Of a stretch of 64,000 bases of DNA, positions 47,497-62,400 are shown piece by piece. The stretch is from IMG/VR virus record IMGVR_UViG_3300025120_000001, positions 1-64,000 of that record. One strand, given 5' to 3'. The stretch's first letter is position 1, and the number at the start of each line of letters is the position of its first letter. Below the pieces are notes generated by a model. That model was not told where the DNA came from. It did not search any database and saw nothing but the letters and a program-made list of their open reading frames with translations. Source of the DNA: a virus. The translations under genes and the position numbers were made by a program.

Positions 47497-50400
47497 TAAA
47501 AACAAGATTTTAGTTGTTCAATAAATTCTTCCATTGTACTTGATGTTTTTTCAAACTCTTTCATTAGAGCATCTATACTACTATAGTCTCTGTTAAAAGC
47601 TTCACCAACTTTCTTCAAGCTCATCAAGTTGCCCATTGATAGTGTTGATACATATGCTTCAAGCTTTTCTTTATTATCAATTGTATCAAGGCCTTCATTT
47701 GCATTTTCTCCAGACTCTACAGGATTACCATCTGAATCAATGCTAAAGGTATCTAAATCTTCCGCATCATCCAAGGCATCTGCTAAATCATTCTCAGTAG
47801 TTACTTCATTGCCATCATTATCTATTGAAAATGAATCCGCTTCCTCTGACTCATTGACTTGATCAGCAATGCTTGTACCGCCAATCTTTATATCTTTTCC
47901 GTCTATTTCAATATCAGAAGATTCATTGGATATTTTTTCTTGATAATTTTGTATTATATCTTTAGCTACAGGTGTATTTAACCAACCAGCTTTATCAAGC
48001 TTATCTTTAAATATAAAATTATCATATGCTTTATCTAACATTGCATCTAAAGTTGAATCTGTTCCATATTCATATTCTACTGCATCATATACTACACTAG
48101 GATCTCTACTTGATCTTCCTGAACCATCATCTGAACTATCTTCTCCTGGGTTAGCCTCTTTAACTGTTTCTTTTACTGAGTTATTTGTAGGTCTTTCTCC
48201 AAATATAAAACCAACAGGAGTTTGCGCAACTGATCCCATGATATCAACTTCTATGTATTCAGCAAAAGTACCTGTGGCAATATCTTGAGATAATCCTTCT
48301 CCTATATTACCATACTCTGGACCAGCATGTCTAACTAATTGGAAATATCTTGTTTGACCATCTACCATGAATCCCATAACTTGCGGAAACTCAGCAATAG
48401 ATCTCTCTCCTTTTCCTTCATAAACAGTTCTTAGCTTAAATCCTTTCTTTACTTGCGTTACATTTGATCCATATTTCTTTCCTTTATCTTTAGCTATTTT
48501 AGCAAACTTTCTAGTTTCAAACTCATCATTCTTTTCAAACTTTGGTCTAGCTGAAATACCCTTATATAAATCTACTGTGATAGTAGCTCTGTCAAATTGA
48601 TCATTTAAATATAAAGCTTGATTCTTTGCTTTTCTATTTACTTCTTTTCCTTCTTTCTTTACTTGTTTATCTGTAAGTCCAACAGCTTGGTATCCAAAAT
48701 TGTCTTCCATTTTTTGAAGAAGGTCATCGTAAAGCTCTACACTAAATTCCTGGAGTCCCATTAATTCAGCATTATCTATTTCATTCTGAATCATTACACC
48801 TCCACTAAAGCTATCTATATTTTGCTTTATCTTTTCAATCTGTTGTTGTATCTCATTAGATGCTGTATTTATTTCAGCACCCGTGTAGTAGCTTTCTTTA
48901 TTATTAGATAAATCTTTTTTAATAACTATGCTGATAACATTATTAGCACCCCTAACAGCTTTACTATTTGAGGTACCTGTTCCGGATTCATTATCAAATA
49001 TAACAAATAGTTTATCCGGGTTGCTTTCTACATAGTCTAAAGTAAATGGTTTTCTAGCTTGATTAACTAATGACTTACCGTTAAATACAGCACTAGAAGA
49101 CATTGACTTTTTCTTTAAAAGTTTTGCCGTTTTAGGATGTAATCCATATTCTCTTATAAAGTTTAATTTTAGATCTCTAAATGACATTCCAAAGTTGGCC
49201 ATCATTTGAGCATCATCCATTGCAGCAAATGCTTGAGATGTACTTGGTAAAGTAGACATATAATCAGCAAACATTTCCGGGTTTATGGAAGCTATTATAC
49301 TTCTATACACAGGTTGCAATCCATCTTTCACTATCATATAGTTTAAGACTTTCATTGATAACGCTCTAGTTAATGGATCCGCATATAACTCTTGAAATCC
49401 ATTTTGCACATCCAGCTTTTGAGAGTCATTTAAAGGAGTAAGTGTATTTGCAGTAAGCATGCTAATACCAGTCTTGTTACCTTCAGACGTAGCAGATTCA
49501 GGTCTTATAAACCCATCTAAAAAGAAGTTGTACTTGTCTCCGTTCAATTCTTTTATTTCGTCATATGTATCTACAATATCTTTAGTTCCCTCTTCTGGAT
49601 ATAATAAAGTGTTTGTTGGGATTCCTAAAACAGACATTGGATTATTATTTAAATAATTTAAATAACCTTGCAATGTTATATAAGAAAGCATATCATTATT
49701 TATTACCGCTCTCTCATCTTTGGTAAATCTTTTATAGTTTGTGTCAAGTGATGAAAATATATTTTTAAAACCAGCGCTTTCATCTAAAAATACTTTTGGT
49801 AATATGCTGCCTACAAATTCATCATGTATATCTAACATTCCTCTTTGCCATCTATCTGCGGAAAATACAGGTCTTAAATCAAATATAGGCATCTCATTTG
49901 GTGGTAACATATCAAATTCAGCATCTGTTAAATCTATACCAAGGTCTTCTCTAGCTTTAGAAACTTTGTATACATCGTTTGTATCTTTACCAAATCCTTT
50001 TGCTAAATTAAGGAGATCCCCCATTGGTCTTAAGAAACCTGAAACATCAAATGCTTTTACAAATTGATCTAGAATGGCATAATCTCTAAGTACTTGTTCT
50101 CTAGTTATAGCTTCAACTCCATTGTCGGCAGCTCTATCAACTTTATCTTCAAGTTCTTCTTCTGATTTATATTTCAGCATAGGATCCTGAGATCCATCAA
50201 TTAAAGAAGCTTGACTAACACCAGTAGCTCCAAAATCTTCTTCTGTTGCTAAATCATAAGTTGCAGCCGCTGCTTTAAGACTATCCATCTTATCTTCAAT
50301 GAATTCCTTAACATCAAATTCAAAAGCCGGAGCTCTTTTTTCTAGTTGATACGCTTCTCTTATTGTTGGATGATTCATCATTGCTACAGATGTTCTAATA

Positions 50401-53400
50401 GGTACACCCATTGCACTCATTGTTGTAACAATAGCTAATGCATTTCTACTAAGACCAAGTTTAGCGGCAAGTCTTTCTTTAGCGTTATCCGTCATTGCCG
50501 TAATTAACGCAGATATAATATATTGTTTTCTTCTACCTAACGTACCATCTTCTTTTAACTCTTTAGATCTATCTACTGTTTTTCCATTTACCTTGTCTTC
50601 ATTAAATAGACCATTGTAAACTTGACCTCCAATATTTAGTTCATAGCCTCCACCTGGAATCATTTTAATGCCTTCTTCTTGAATAAGACTTAGATATAAG
50701 TTTGGTAGTACCGCAGCTCCAATTGATTTTGCACCCTCTTTATTGTTTGCAAAACCTTTCCATTTACCAAATAAATTATTAGCATCAATACCATCCTCAC
50801 TTAACATCTCAGCTAGCTGAGGAACTTCTCCACTTATCCAGCTCCAGGTATCTTTTAATATTTCCATATCAGCAGGCTCATAAGAAATAGCAGATTGATC
50901 ACCGTCTCTTGTAGTATTTCCAGCATGTCCCATCATAGAATATTTGAAATCTAATATCTCATTATTATATCCTGATGAAAATGGATATCTACCTGTTTTT
51001 TTATGATAGCTTTTAAAAGCTTTCTCATTCATTGGCAAGTTTAGCATTCTCAATGCTTTTATAGCATTAGGAGAAAACCCTAATTTTCTTGCTGCTTCTA
51101 GATCTTTATCTGATAGTGAATTTTTTGTTCTATCATTTGCTTTTGCCGCAGCTTCAGCAAAAGTACTTCCTGATTTTTGAACAGCTTTATTAACCCATTT
51201 AAGATAACTTTCAAAGTCATTAGTGTATTCCTTAATAACCTTTTGCATTTTAGGTTTTGTATAAGGCTTACCTTTAACTCTAAGTTTATCTTTTATTATT
51301 GAACGGCTTGGTTGTGTACCTCTTATATAGATTCTTTTATTATCACCTCTCTTGTGAGGAATTTCATAATAAGTAGCTCCATCTTTAGTTGTACCAAGAG
51401 CTTCTTGTATTTCTCCAAAGTTTTTACCTCTACCCCCGTCTTTAATTAAGTTTAATTGTTCTTGAGCTTGTGCTAGATTATCTACAACCCAAATATCAAC
51501 AGGATCTCCCGTAGCATCAACTTCTGTTTTATGCTCATACATATCAACAACAACATCATAAATTTTAGTTTTTTCTTTTGTTGCTTCTAATGTTGTATAG
51601 CCATCCTTCATTTGGATGTACAACTTATCAATATCAAAATCGGCCCCTGACACCTCAACCAGTTCTCTTGCTGAAACAATAGTTGAACCATAAAATACCG
51701 GTAGAAAATCTACAACTTTTATATTTACTGTTGAATGATTATCCTGAGATGGAATACGTATACCAAACATTTTAGATAAAACTTCAGGTATTGATTTACT
51801 AGGAACTTGATCATACATTGTATATGCATCCTTTGAATGAACCGGCATCATAGATTCTGTATACTTTATACCTGTATACTCGCCATCTTTATACTCTTTC
51901 ATATCAGGTCTAAGTCTATCTTTTACTATAATAAACTCACCCTCCTTCATATTTTTGAGTCTTTCATTAAGACTATCAAACTTATCTTGATTGTCATCAG
52001 ATAAATCTAAAACTTCATTTCCGTATTTCTGAACATCATCTATAGAATAATTATTCTGAAAATCATCAGTCCTTATAATCTCTTGTCTATCTATATAAGA
52101 TTTTCCGTCTACTTGTTCTGTGCTATATATCTTTCTATATTGCTTGAACCCATAATCAGAAAGCAATGCTGCTGCTGTACCTGGTAGCTTTTCAGACATT
52201 ACGCCTTTACTAAAATAGCTTAAGAATAGTTGTTTAAACTTTTGGGCTACTATAGGTGTATCCTGAGCAAAATCAAAATTTGGATTACCTTCTTCATCAA
52301 AGCTGAAGAACTCCAATAACTGAGCAGATGAAGCGCTTGCCTTTAATGCTGTTTGTGCATACTTAAGGAATGATATAAGATCCGGACTAAGTTTTTTAGC
52401 GTCTATAGATTTATGCAACTCATCCATTGCATAGTCAGATTCCATATCAAAATTAAGATTTCTTTTATCTAAATACTTCTGTTTAAGTCTTGAATCTACA
52501 GCTCTATTATAAGCTAGCTTAATAGCGCCAATAGTTGTAAGCTCACCATTAAGTATAACTTCTGTATTATCACTTTGCTCTCCTGTTATAAGAGTTTTGA
52601 TTTGAGTAGGATCAATGATCTCAGATTTATTTGATGGATTTAATACTTGAAGACCCATGTAATTAGCATCCAATTCCATAACTTGATCATCACCAAAACT
52701 TTCATCTGTTTCACTAGTTGATTCAAAGTCTAATCTTCTAGCCATGTAGCTACCTGTATTTGCAGGGCCCAATAACTTAGATTCTTTTTGAGTTATTGTA
52801 TTACCTGAACCAACAAGAGCATCAATTGGTGTTATGTTTTTCTTCATCATCTTTAGTGCAGATAATGGTGCAACCATTGCTACAGTATCTATACCTTTAT
52901 CTAACTGATCTTGCTCATATTGTTCCATCTTAACCCTCATATTATGAAGATCTTCTCTACCGGGCTTAGCTACCCAGTTACCGTTTTTATCTTTATAAGA
53001 AGTTAATGCTTTAGTAAGAGGTACAACTGAAAATTTATCAAAGACTTTACCATCACCATAAACAAGCTTTTTAGAGTTAAGCATTTCTTGTTTCTTAACG
53101 GCTCCTGCTGCACCAAATATTTCATCAACAGATATATCTGCGCCATCTTCTATTTTATTTAAAAGAGCTGATTGTGTTTCTGTTAATTTACCAAACCCAA
53201 ACCACATGTATCTAAATGCTTTAAGACTCATCCAGTTTTGGGCATCTGCTTGTTCTATATCTTCACCTGTATGTATTGATGTACCTATCGGATCTGTTGT
53301 AGCAAACATTGATATTTTTTGTAATGGATTTAGAATACCATGTTGAGGTGATGCAATTCTACTAGCCGCACTATAGTATGCGGCATTTTGCATCTTAGCT

Positions 53401-56400
53401 CTTTTAACTGCATCAACGGCATCTTTAAGAGTTAAAGCCTGATCTCCTAAAAGAACATCATTCATTGAAGAAGTATTAATCCAATCATTAATGAATATCT
53501 GTTTAGTATTGTAAGTCCTGTTTCCAGTTAAATTTAACTTTTCATTAGCTCTTTGAAACTCCGCTTCACTACCTGTAGAGTTTTCATTTCTTTGAACACC
53601 TTGACTTAAAAACTTTGGTAACTCTAATATTGGTTTACCATTTTCATCTATTCTGTAAAACTCACTATTAATATCTCTGTTAAATTGAACAAACTCTTGA
53701 TCAATTCTTGAACGCATATATGCTCTAAGTTGTTTTTTGTCTTTACCTATTTTACTGAGGGCGCTATCTAACGTTAACACTTCCCTTTGATCTGCAGGTA
53801 ATGCTGCATTTTCTCTTATTAATTTTTCTAATTCAGCCGCATAATTAAAGGTTCTAACATTTAATAAATCTCGTATAGCTGTAGCTATATCATAATCTTC
53901 TTGTTCAGCTGCTTGCTTCTCTCTTTCTACTAATTGTTCATTATCTAATTCTAAAATGTTTTCATCAACAAGTTCATATACATAAAATTCTTTATTACCT
54001 TCAATAAAGTCTTTCATCTTGTCTGATTCTACCCAGTATGTATTATTACCAACTGTTGCTTCTTTTATGTGAGTTGTTGTTTTATTATCAGATATAGCGT
54101 CTCCTAATTTATCATATATGTTTGTCATTGTCAGCTGACTAACTTTTCTAGATCCTACTAGTTTTACTCTGTTAAACGTTGCTTTATCTCCTTTCTTCTT
54201 TACAAACTTCTTTTTCTTTTTTATTTCCTTGACTTCACCTATTGACATTTCTAGGTTAGTTGATTCACCTTCAGCAAAGAACCCCATAGATGTTGCCCCT
54301 TGTTCATCTTTGATAAATATTTTTTGAGTTCCAGCTCTAAGTCTAGCAACGGTTGCTTCAGTATCTAGCAATCTTCCAGTTTCAAGCTGCGTAGAAGGGC
54401 TATCTTTTGGACTTAATACAAGCTTGTTGTTAGTAAATTTAAAAGCTCTATTGTATCCAATAATCTTACCGCTCTTGTCTCTTATTTCTACTTGTCTATT
54501 CTGACCATCTTTAGTAGCATTATACCCAGGATGAAGCTCTTCAGTTCTGGTAGCAGGATCTAACTCTCTTTGAATCCTTGCAAATTCCCCTTCAATATTT
54601 TTTTCATATGCATCTAATGCTGCATCAGTAACTTCAGCATCACCTTGAGCATTAGTCTTAACCGCTTGTATGATAGGTAATTCAACCATATCCCCTGTGT
54701 TAGATGCTTCTATTACTCTTAGTAATACAGGAGCCAATGCTATCATTTCATCTTGACCTTCTGGGATAACCCCTCTTTTAATTTTACCGGACTTAGGATT
54801 AACCCCTGCCGTATAAGCACTTAATAAAGCATGTAAAATTTGTTTAGGGTTAAAGTCACCGTAGTTTACACCTTCTTCATTTCTATCATATTTTTCAACA
54901 ACCCCACCATCTCCGTCTACTTCAATTCCTCTACTAGCCTTACTACCTGCTATTCTTGTTACTTTCAATAAACCTTCTCTAGACATTTGCCTAAATGCCG
55001 GGTCATTTAATAAATAATTACTAGCAAGGTATGGATCTTTGTCAATGAGATCTTGAAGAGCCTTAGCGTTATTATCTACATCATTTAATTGAGCTATTCT
55101 TTTTAAATGGAATGTGGGTAATTGATGAGCATAAACTAAATCTCCAGCTGGGTTTTTAAAGACCGAAGAACCAACTGTTTCATCAAACATTGAGTTACCT
55201 AAACCAAGTTTACGCAATCTATTGTAAACACCTTCTTCTCCAGTTTGAGACATTAGATTTTCATTTGCATCAAATTGTTCTTTCATGTAAACAATATCAT
55301 CCCACTCAATGCTTATTACATCTGTTCTAGAATTTAAAATTTGTTGTTGCCATTTTGTTGGGCCTAATCTTTTCTTTCCTTTAGCTGCTGTTTCTTTTTG
55401 CAACTTAGTAGGTTGTACTATATTACCTGCAATGCTATATTGTATGTAATCAGGGTGTAGCTTAATACCCATAGTTTTAGATAACACCTCTGAAACTTTT
55501 ACAGCAACTTCAGCTAATTTTTTATTTGATATATAACCAATTGGATCTTTTGGATTTAAGTAATCTAATAATACATCAAGCTGGTCTGATGCGTCATCTT
55601 TCAATGCCGGATCTGATAAATACAATCTTCTTCTATGTTTATATTCAGTTTCCCATTTTTCAACTTGAGTATGTGCATCATCTCTATTAGCAGCAGAGTA
55701 AGCTAAAGTTTGACCGTCTGCTGTATTAGTGTGTAAGAATAAATAATCAACTTTAAAGTTTTCAAAACCTTTAAGTAGCGCCTGAAATAATAAATTGTCA
55801 TTAGTTTCTCCTGGAATTATTCCATTTTCTAATTGATCTTCCCATACTAAACCTAAATCATTAAATAGTTTTTCTTGAACTGCTTTAGTTTGAGGATTAT
55901 TTTGAGAGAACATATAGATTTGCTGTAATATTCTTACGGGATCTGATGTACCACTAGCAGCTTTTAAGAATCCTGAATATGCAGAAGCAAAATCTACAGG
56001 AATAATAATTTTTATTCTATCATCCGGATCCGCCTCTGGGTTAATATATTCATTGCCAAATTCATCTTTTTCAGATAGTGTAGTTGTAGCTATATACTTT
56101 CTTAGGAATGATGATAATGATCTAGTACCTCCTACTTGAGACGCATCTTTTCCATACTGCTCAGTAGTTCTAAGACCATACTCCATTTCGTTCTCCATGT
56201 CAAGATCATCCATCATCTCTAACTTAATGTCATATAGCTCAAGTTCTTGAACAACTGAATCTACTATATCTTTTCTAAAGTTTTCAAATGCATTTGTAAT
56301 ATTTGACAAGTTTAACAATTGCTGCGTTGATACATTAGCATACTGAGCATTATCAATATTGTATAAAGCTTTAAATGCATCTATAGATTCCTCAACTGTA

Positions 56401-59400
56401 TCTACAATGTTAAAATTAGGATCTTCATTAAACATTTCTAAATCAACAACCCTTGCTGTTATAGCTGAAACTATTCCTCTACCTTGTTTATTAGGTATTG
56501 TTTTATATACTTCTTTACCTTTTGCTGGCGTTGATGAACTATATCTAAGCAGTTTACTTGCATCCAGCGTAATACCCATAGTAGCTGAATCTGTAAAAGG
56601 ATTAGATACTGCTTGACTATTCTTAAACTTTCCTGCACTGATATCTTTATATAAAGCTTGAAGTTGTGTAGCGTTATACTTTCCAAGAACGTTTCTGATC
56701 CACTCAAGTATTTTATTAAATAAAGACTTGATGAAAGAATCTGTTTTTGTTTTAGCTGGACTTTGTTTGAATATTTCAAACTGATCTGCCATATACTCTT
56801 CCAAGTACTCTTTCTCAAGACTTTCTTGACTCCAGTTTCTATATTTATTGATATCACCATTTCTTAATTTTTCTAGCTCTACTTTTAAGCTCTTACCTTC
56901 TGATCTTAGTTTAGATAATACTTCTGTTTTGGCCAGCTTGTAGTAAACATTTTGTTGATCTGAATTTAATAACATTCTAAATACAGCATGGAATGCTTCA
57001 TGGTATGCGTACTTAGATGTTGCACCTACGTATAACTTACCGTTTATTTTTTCATTACCTGCTATTCTACTCATAGCCATAACAAAAGCACCTACTCTTT
57101 CTCCTCCAGATTTCATATTGTCTCCTAGAGTTCTTATATCTTCTATAGAAATAAAGTCTGGGAGATTAGATGAAGCCCAAGATAAAAATTCATCTATATG
57201 TTTTAGATCTTCAAGATTTAAATTGTCTGATATTTTGTTTGCTGTATTACCTAAATCAGATTCTACTTTAGCTAATTGTTTTTGAAGTTTTATAATTTCT
57301 TTATCACTCAATAGCTTTTTCATGATCTCGCTATTCTTTAGTTTACCTACTGAGTCTTTTCTTATTTTTACTTGTCTTACTTCTATCTTAGCTAGTAAGT
57401 TATTTCTTTCTGCTATTAAAGCCGCTCTATCCTTTTGAACAGCGCCTGTATCTGAAGTAGCTGCATTAGATGTAGGATTATCTACATTGTACTTTGTTTT
57501 AGATAGCAATCTAATAGATGTTCCCATTGGAGAACCTAGTATCTCCAACTCTCTAATTGTTAAAGCCTTTTCTCCTTGTTCAGAAAGTTTTTGCGCTAAG
57601 TATTCTCTTTGATCTTTACTAAGACCCTGAAAGTCATTTGATTTTTGTTTATCATATTCTTCTTGACTTAGCTCTTCAATACTTGCAATCTCAGCAGCTG
57701 GGCCATCCGAAGCAGTTGGACCATCTTCAGTTTCAGCTTCTTCACTTGGACTAGTGTTACCATCAGCGCTTGTTGATCTACCTGTGGTAGTCATAGATAT
57801 TATAGCTGTATTTTTTATGTCTGAAACTTGTACCCCTTTAATGTTTGCTATTAATTTAGAAGCCCCTCTTACATTTGGAGATATTTGTGTAGTAACAGAC
57901 TGCTCAATTTCTTCTGTAGTAACATTCTTATCAAATGAAATTTTAAATGCATCCTTTTTAAGCTGACCATTTTTTTGAAGATTTTCAAAGAATACTTTTT
58001 TCTTTGCAAATGCTTTATCAGTAACATCTATATTACTTATGTAATCATTATAGTTAGTTATTAAAGCTTCTATAAATTTTTCTTTATTATCAAACTCAGC
58101 ATACTCTTGCACTTGTTCAGCTGACATTATAATATTATGAGACTGCTTTAATTTTCTATCATAAGCTCTAATAAATACTGAACCATTAGCTCCTACATTA
58201 ACTTCAAATGTATAGCCAGGTTTACTCGCCATATAAAATCCAGGTGAATCCTGTACTTCTCCAGCATTAACTTCTTGATTAAATATAGAATTAAACTTTA
58301 GATCTTTAGTTTGCTTTGTCTTCTTACCTTTCTTTACCTCTACCTCTTGTACATTTTCTTTTAATGTTTCCGCAGATCTTTTTATTAAAGTCTCCGCAAG
58401 TGCTGCCGTTCCTTCTGTACTCAAAGAGTCTGACTTGATTGGAAAATATGAATATACACCAGAAGAACTTTTTACAACCATCACATATCTAGAAGCATTA
58501 GATGCACCGGAATAAAGATTTGGATTTTGAGCATTCATTTCCGCTATAATCTTTTTCTTTACTTTAGATCCTTCTCCTCTTTCAGCATTAGTAATAAATC
58601 TAGTTGATACAGTACCGTCCTTACCTTTTTTGTTTTCTAAAACTACTGTTACACCATCAACACCTTGAACATTAAGATCTAATACCGGTTTATCTTTCTT
58701 GTCAAACACTAGTTCACCAGGTGTAGTAAAAAAGTTTACACCACCAATATCTTCTAAAGTTGTTACTAGAGATTCTGAGTCTCCCATTTTTTCTGCAATA
58801 GAGTTCATTATTTGAAACTGTATTGCAAAGTTTCTTTGTATATCGGAAGCTGCAGTTTCAGCAGGTCCTGAATAGTTAAACAAATCTTTTATTTGATCTT
58901 TAGTTATAGACAAAGGATTAATAGCCTGGCCATTTGCATCTGTTAATATCACATCCCCATTTGGTATATACCCAACCATTCCAGTTGCTTTTCCTTCCGC
59001 ATCCATAGCAATAGGTATCCCAGCTTCTTCAAGTTTTGCATTTATTCTTTTTGATGTTGAGCTTTTTAATTTTAATCCAATGTTATATGGTGACTTAGTT
59101 GTCCTAATAAATGGATTTTTTTCTTTATCCTCAAACTTAAGATAGCCCCCTTCTCTATCAAGTATTGCACCACCTTGTTCGTTTTTAGTAACTATAACTT
59201 CTAGCTCATTGAGTTCTTTCTCAGTTAGGTTTTTAAGTATAAAGTCATATCTTCTTCTACCTATCTCTAGAACTTCTTGGTAATTAGTTGTTGCATCGTT
59301 TCTATGTGGTATAGCAGCTGTTGCTTCATCCACTCTTAACTTACTTGCATTTGCTGGTAATTTTGCTTTACCTGCATTAAATACTTCAGGGGTAAACCTT

Positions 59401-62400
59401 TTTAAGAAGTCTCCTTCTTTTAGTCTTGTTGCTTTTTTAATACGTTGTTTAGGATCTAAAGTATAAGCCTTGCCTTCTTCTAGAACCAATAAGTTTCCAT
59501 ACTTTTCTACAGTTGGTTTAGTTGATACAACAACATACCATTTTTTAGTTTTTGAGTCTTGAATTCTATCTCCATAGTTTAATGTCTGACCATCAAACTC
59601 AAATGAATCCATTGTAGGTACATAGTTAGATAGTTTAGCTCTAGCACTTTCAGCTTTTCCTTTGCTTGTAAATCCTTCTGCTAATATTGGATCTAAACCA
59701 GCAGCCTCATACATAGCCTCATCTAGAATATTCCCGGCTTTATCAACTAATACATAAAATGAAGTAGCTTCTTCTGTTTCTGGATTGATAACTAATTTTT
59801 CTAAAATATCTATAGTAGCGTTAGATGAATCTTTACCTTTAGTTTTATCATCCTCTTCAGTTACACCTTGTTCATCCTTTAATTCTGGTAAAAATATCTT
59901 TAATGATATTCCAGTTCTACCGGATGATGCCTCTTTTAATACTTCACCAACAAGATCATTTGTTCTTTGAAGTGACAACCATTCCTTAAATCCTTTATCT
60001 GAATTAAAGACTTCCATTTTAGCATCTCCATCTAGACCTTGTAGAGTTTGAAACCAAACTTTCTTTAATCCATTGTAGCCTCTCATAATATCTTTTGATA
60101 AAGACTCCTCTAAGAATTGCTCCCATGTAGGAATTTTTTTAGCTCCTAGTTTCAGCAACATTCCTCTTTTTTCTTGATATACCCTTTTTAAAACTTCATC
60201 AAGATATGGCGATTCACCTGCTGTTTTACCTACCATTTTAGAATCTGGTCCTTCTATACCAGCATCATCCAATATAGAGCTTACACTTTGATCTCTTTTA
60301 ACCGGATCTTGAGCTGACTCTTTTGCTTCTTCAGCTCTTGTTTCAGCGTCTTTTTTTAATATGTCAGATGCAGTTTGTCTATATACAGAAATAGCAGCTT
60401 GAACTTTTTCATATAATACGGGATCATCTATTTGATTAACCGGGCCGTCTTGATTAAAGAAGTTTGTTAAATATTTAGGATCTCCTGTAGCTCCAAACAA
60501 AAGCATATCTTCTTGACCTAAATATACACCTACATTAGCAAATTGATTTAAAAGAACATTTATCTCTTCTTTGTTTATAAATCTTTCAATAGACTCTCTG
60601 AATAGGCTCATTTTATTTTTATAAGCAAATTGAAAGTATAACTCAGATCTTTTTAGCATGTCATTTAAGTACTCGGGATCAGTCATAACCCTAAGCGCTT
60701 TATCATACATAAATTGTCTTGCATTCAAATGATCTGAATCTATAATAAGATCAATGACATCTTTAATCATTTCATTATTAACAAATGCTTTTTTATCCTT
60801 ACCTATATATTCTAAATACTTTACAATAGCCGGTGTCAGTTTAGTCTGAAGACTTCTTCTATCAAAGCCTCCGTCTTTTTTCTGACGTTTAGGATCATAT
60901 AGTATTGCTGAAATATCTTCAAGAAGCTTTAGTTTTTTAGCTCTTCTATTTTTTTCTCTCTTTGCACCAGGTTGATCTAATACTTCTACCTCAGTTCTAA
61001 GAGCAGCCATCTCTTCCATCATGGCTTCTTTTGTAGTAAGTACAGTTAAATCATTTGCAGCTAGTTCTTTAATAATAGGGTGAGATGCTAACTGATCATA
61101 TATTTTTTCAGTTCTTTCAGCAGCTCTTTGGAAGCCATCTTTTGTAAATAGGTATAAATCTCTAGCATGTCTTTGAGCTAAAAACTTTAATGTTTCTTTT
61201 TCATGTTGTTTAGACCCCGGTTCATACAAACTTGGATCTGCAGTAATGGTAAGTTTATCTTTATTTTCATTAAAGTCTTTTTCCATTTGCTCCAATCTCC
61301 CCAAATTTTCTTGGATTTGAGATCTTAACTTTCCTTCTTTAGCTCTAGCTTTTTCAGAAGGGAATGCTTCTGCTAATTCTTGATCGGTTAACTCTAAATA
61401 ATCTTGAAGTTGCTCTTTAAAAAATTCTTGTTTACCTGTTTCAAATAAAGTTTTTAAATTTTGGAACTCTGCCATATCACGAGTATCCATAAAATTCATA
61501 ATGTCCCCTTCAGATTGAGCTTGCTCCATTGCTTCACTCGCTTGCTTTTGCACAATGAAATTCATTTGATCTGGATTCATCAATGGATTAGACGGATCCA
61601 TGGCCATAGAATCTCCATGCTTATTCATGTAAGAAACAAGATTATCTAAAGTTGTCTTTTTGTTTGCTTTATGTTTATCAAATGCGGCTTTATCTGTACC
61701 TATTGTATACAGTGTAGGTATACCTTGGAATATTGCCTTCTGAGGTAAATTAATTACACCACCCATAAAGAAACCTGACATAAATGTCTCTAAACCTTGA
61801 GAGCCCATTTGAGCACCTAAACCAGATGAAAGGGATGATGAGAATAAAGCTGAACCGCCAGCCATAGGATCAAATTGTATTGCAGTATAATAATCTTTAA
61901 CACCTGCAGATACAGCTTCTTGATAAACTTCTTGCAAACCTTCTGAAATATTTGCAGCCGAATATCTTAAAGCACCATAAGCAGCCATAGTAGCCCCACC
62001 TCTTAAACCATCTGATTTTAGTTTTTTAGCTATAAACTTCCAATTTAGAAAGCTGTCTTCAACACCCTCATAGATACCTTTTTGGACTTGTCTTTTACCT
62101 GCATTAGCTCCTTCTTTTACAACTTTTGTTGCAGCCTTACCTCTTACAATTCTACCAAAGCCTGAATCTATTGATTCTTTAGCTATTTGAGAAAAGCTTC
62201 TTTTAAATCCACCAAAAGCATTTCCAAGTAACAACTGATTAGACAAGTAAATTACAGGAGCATTCCACATTGTTGTTGTGAATGCGGCTGACTTAGCATC
62301 TTGTTCTACCTTTGCCATTTGCTCTGTACTAAGTTCTTCTCCTAATCCAGCTAGCTTATTCTTTTGTCTTTGTATTAAATAGTTCTTTTGCCATTGCTCT

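Noticed and set aside
44972-61649. Short + strand and alternate-frame ORFs within the two giant genes (and similar shadow ORFs elsewhere)
   Set aside because: Antisense or frame shadows of long genes with biased codon use
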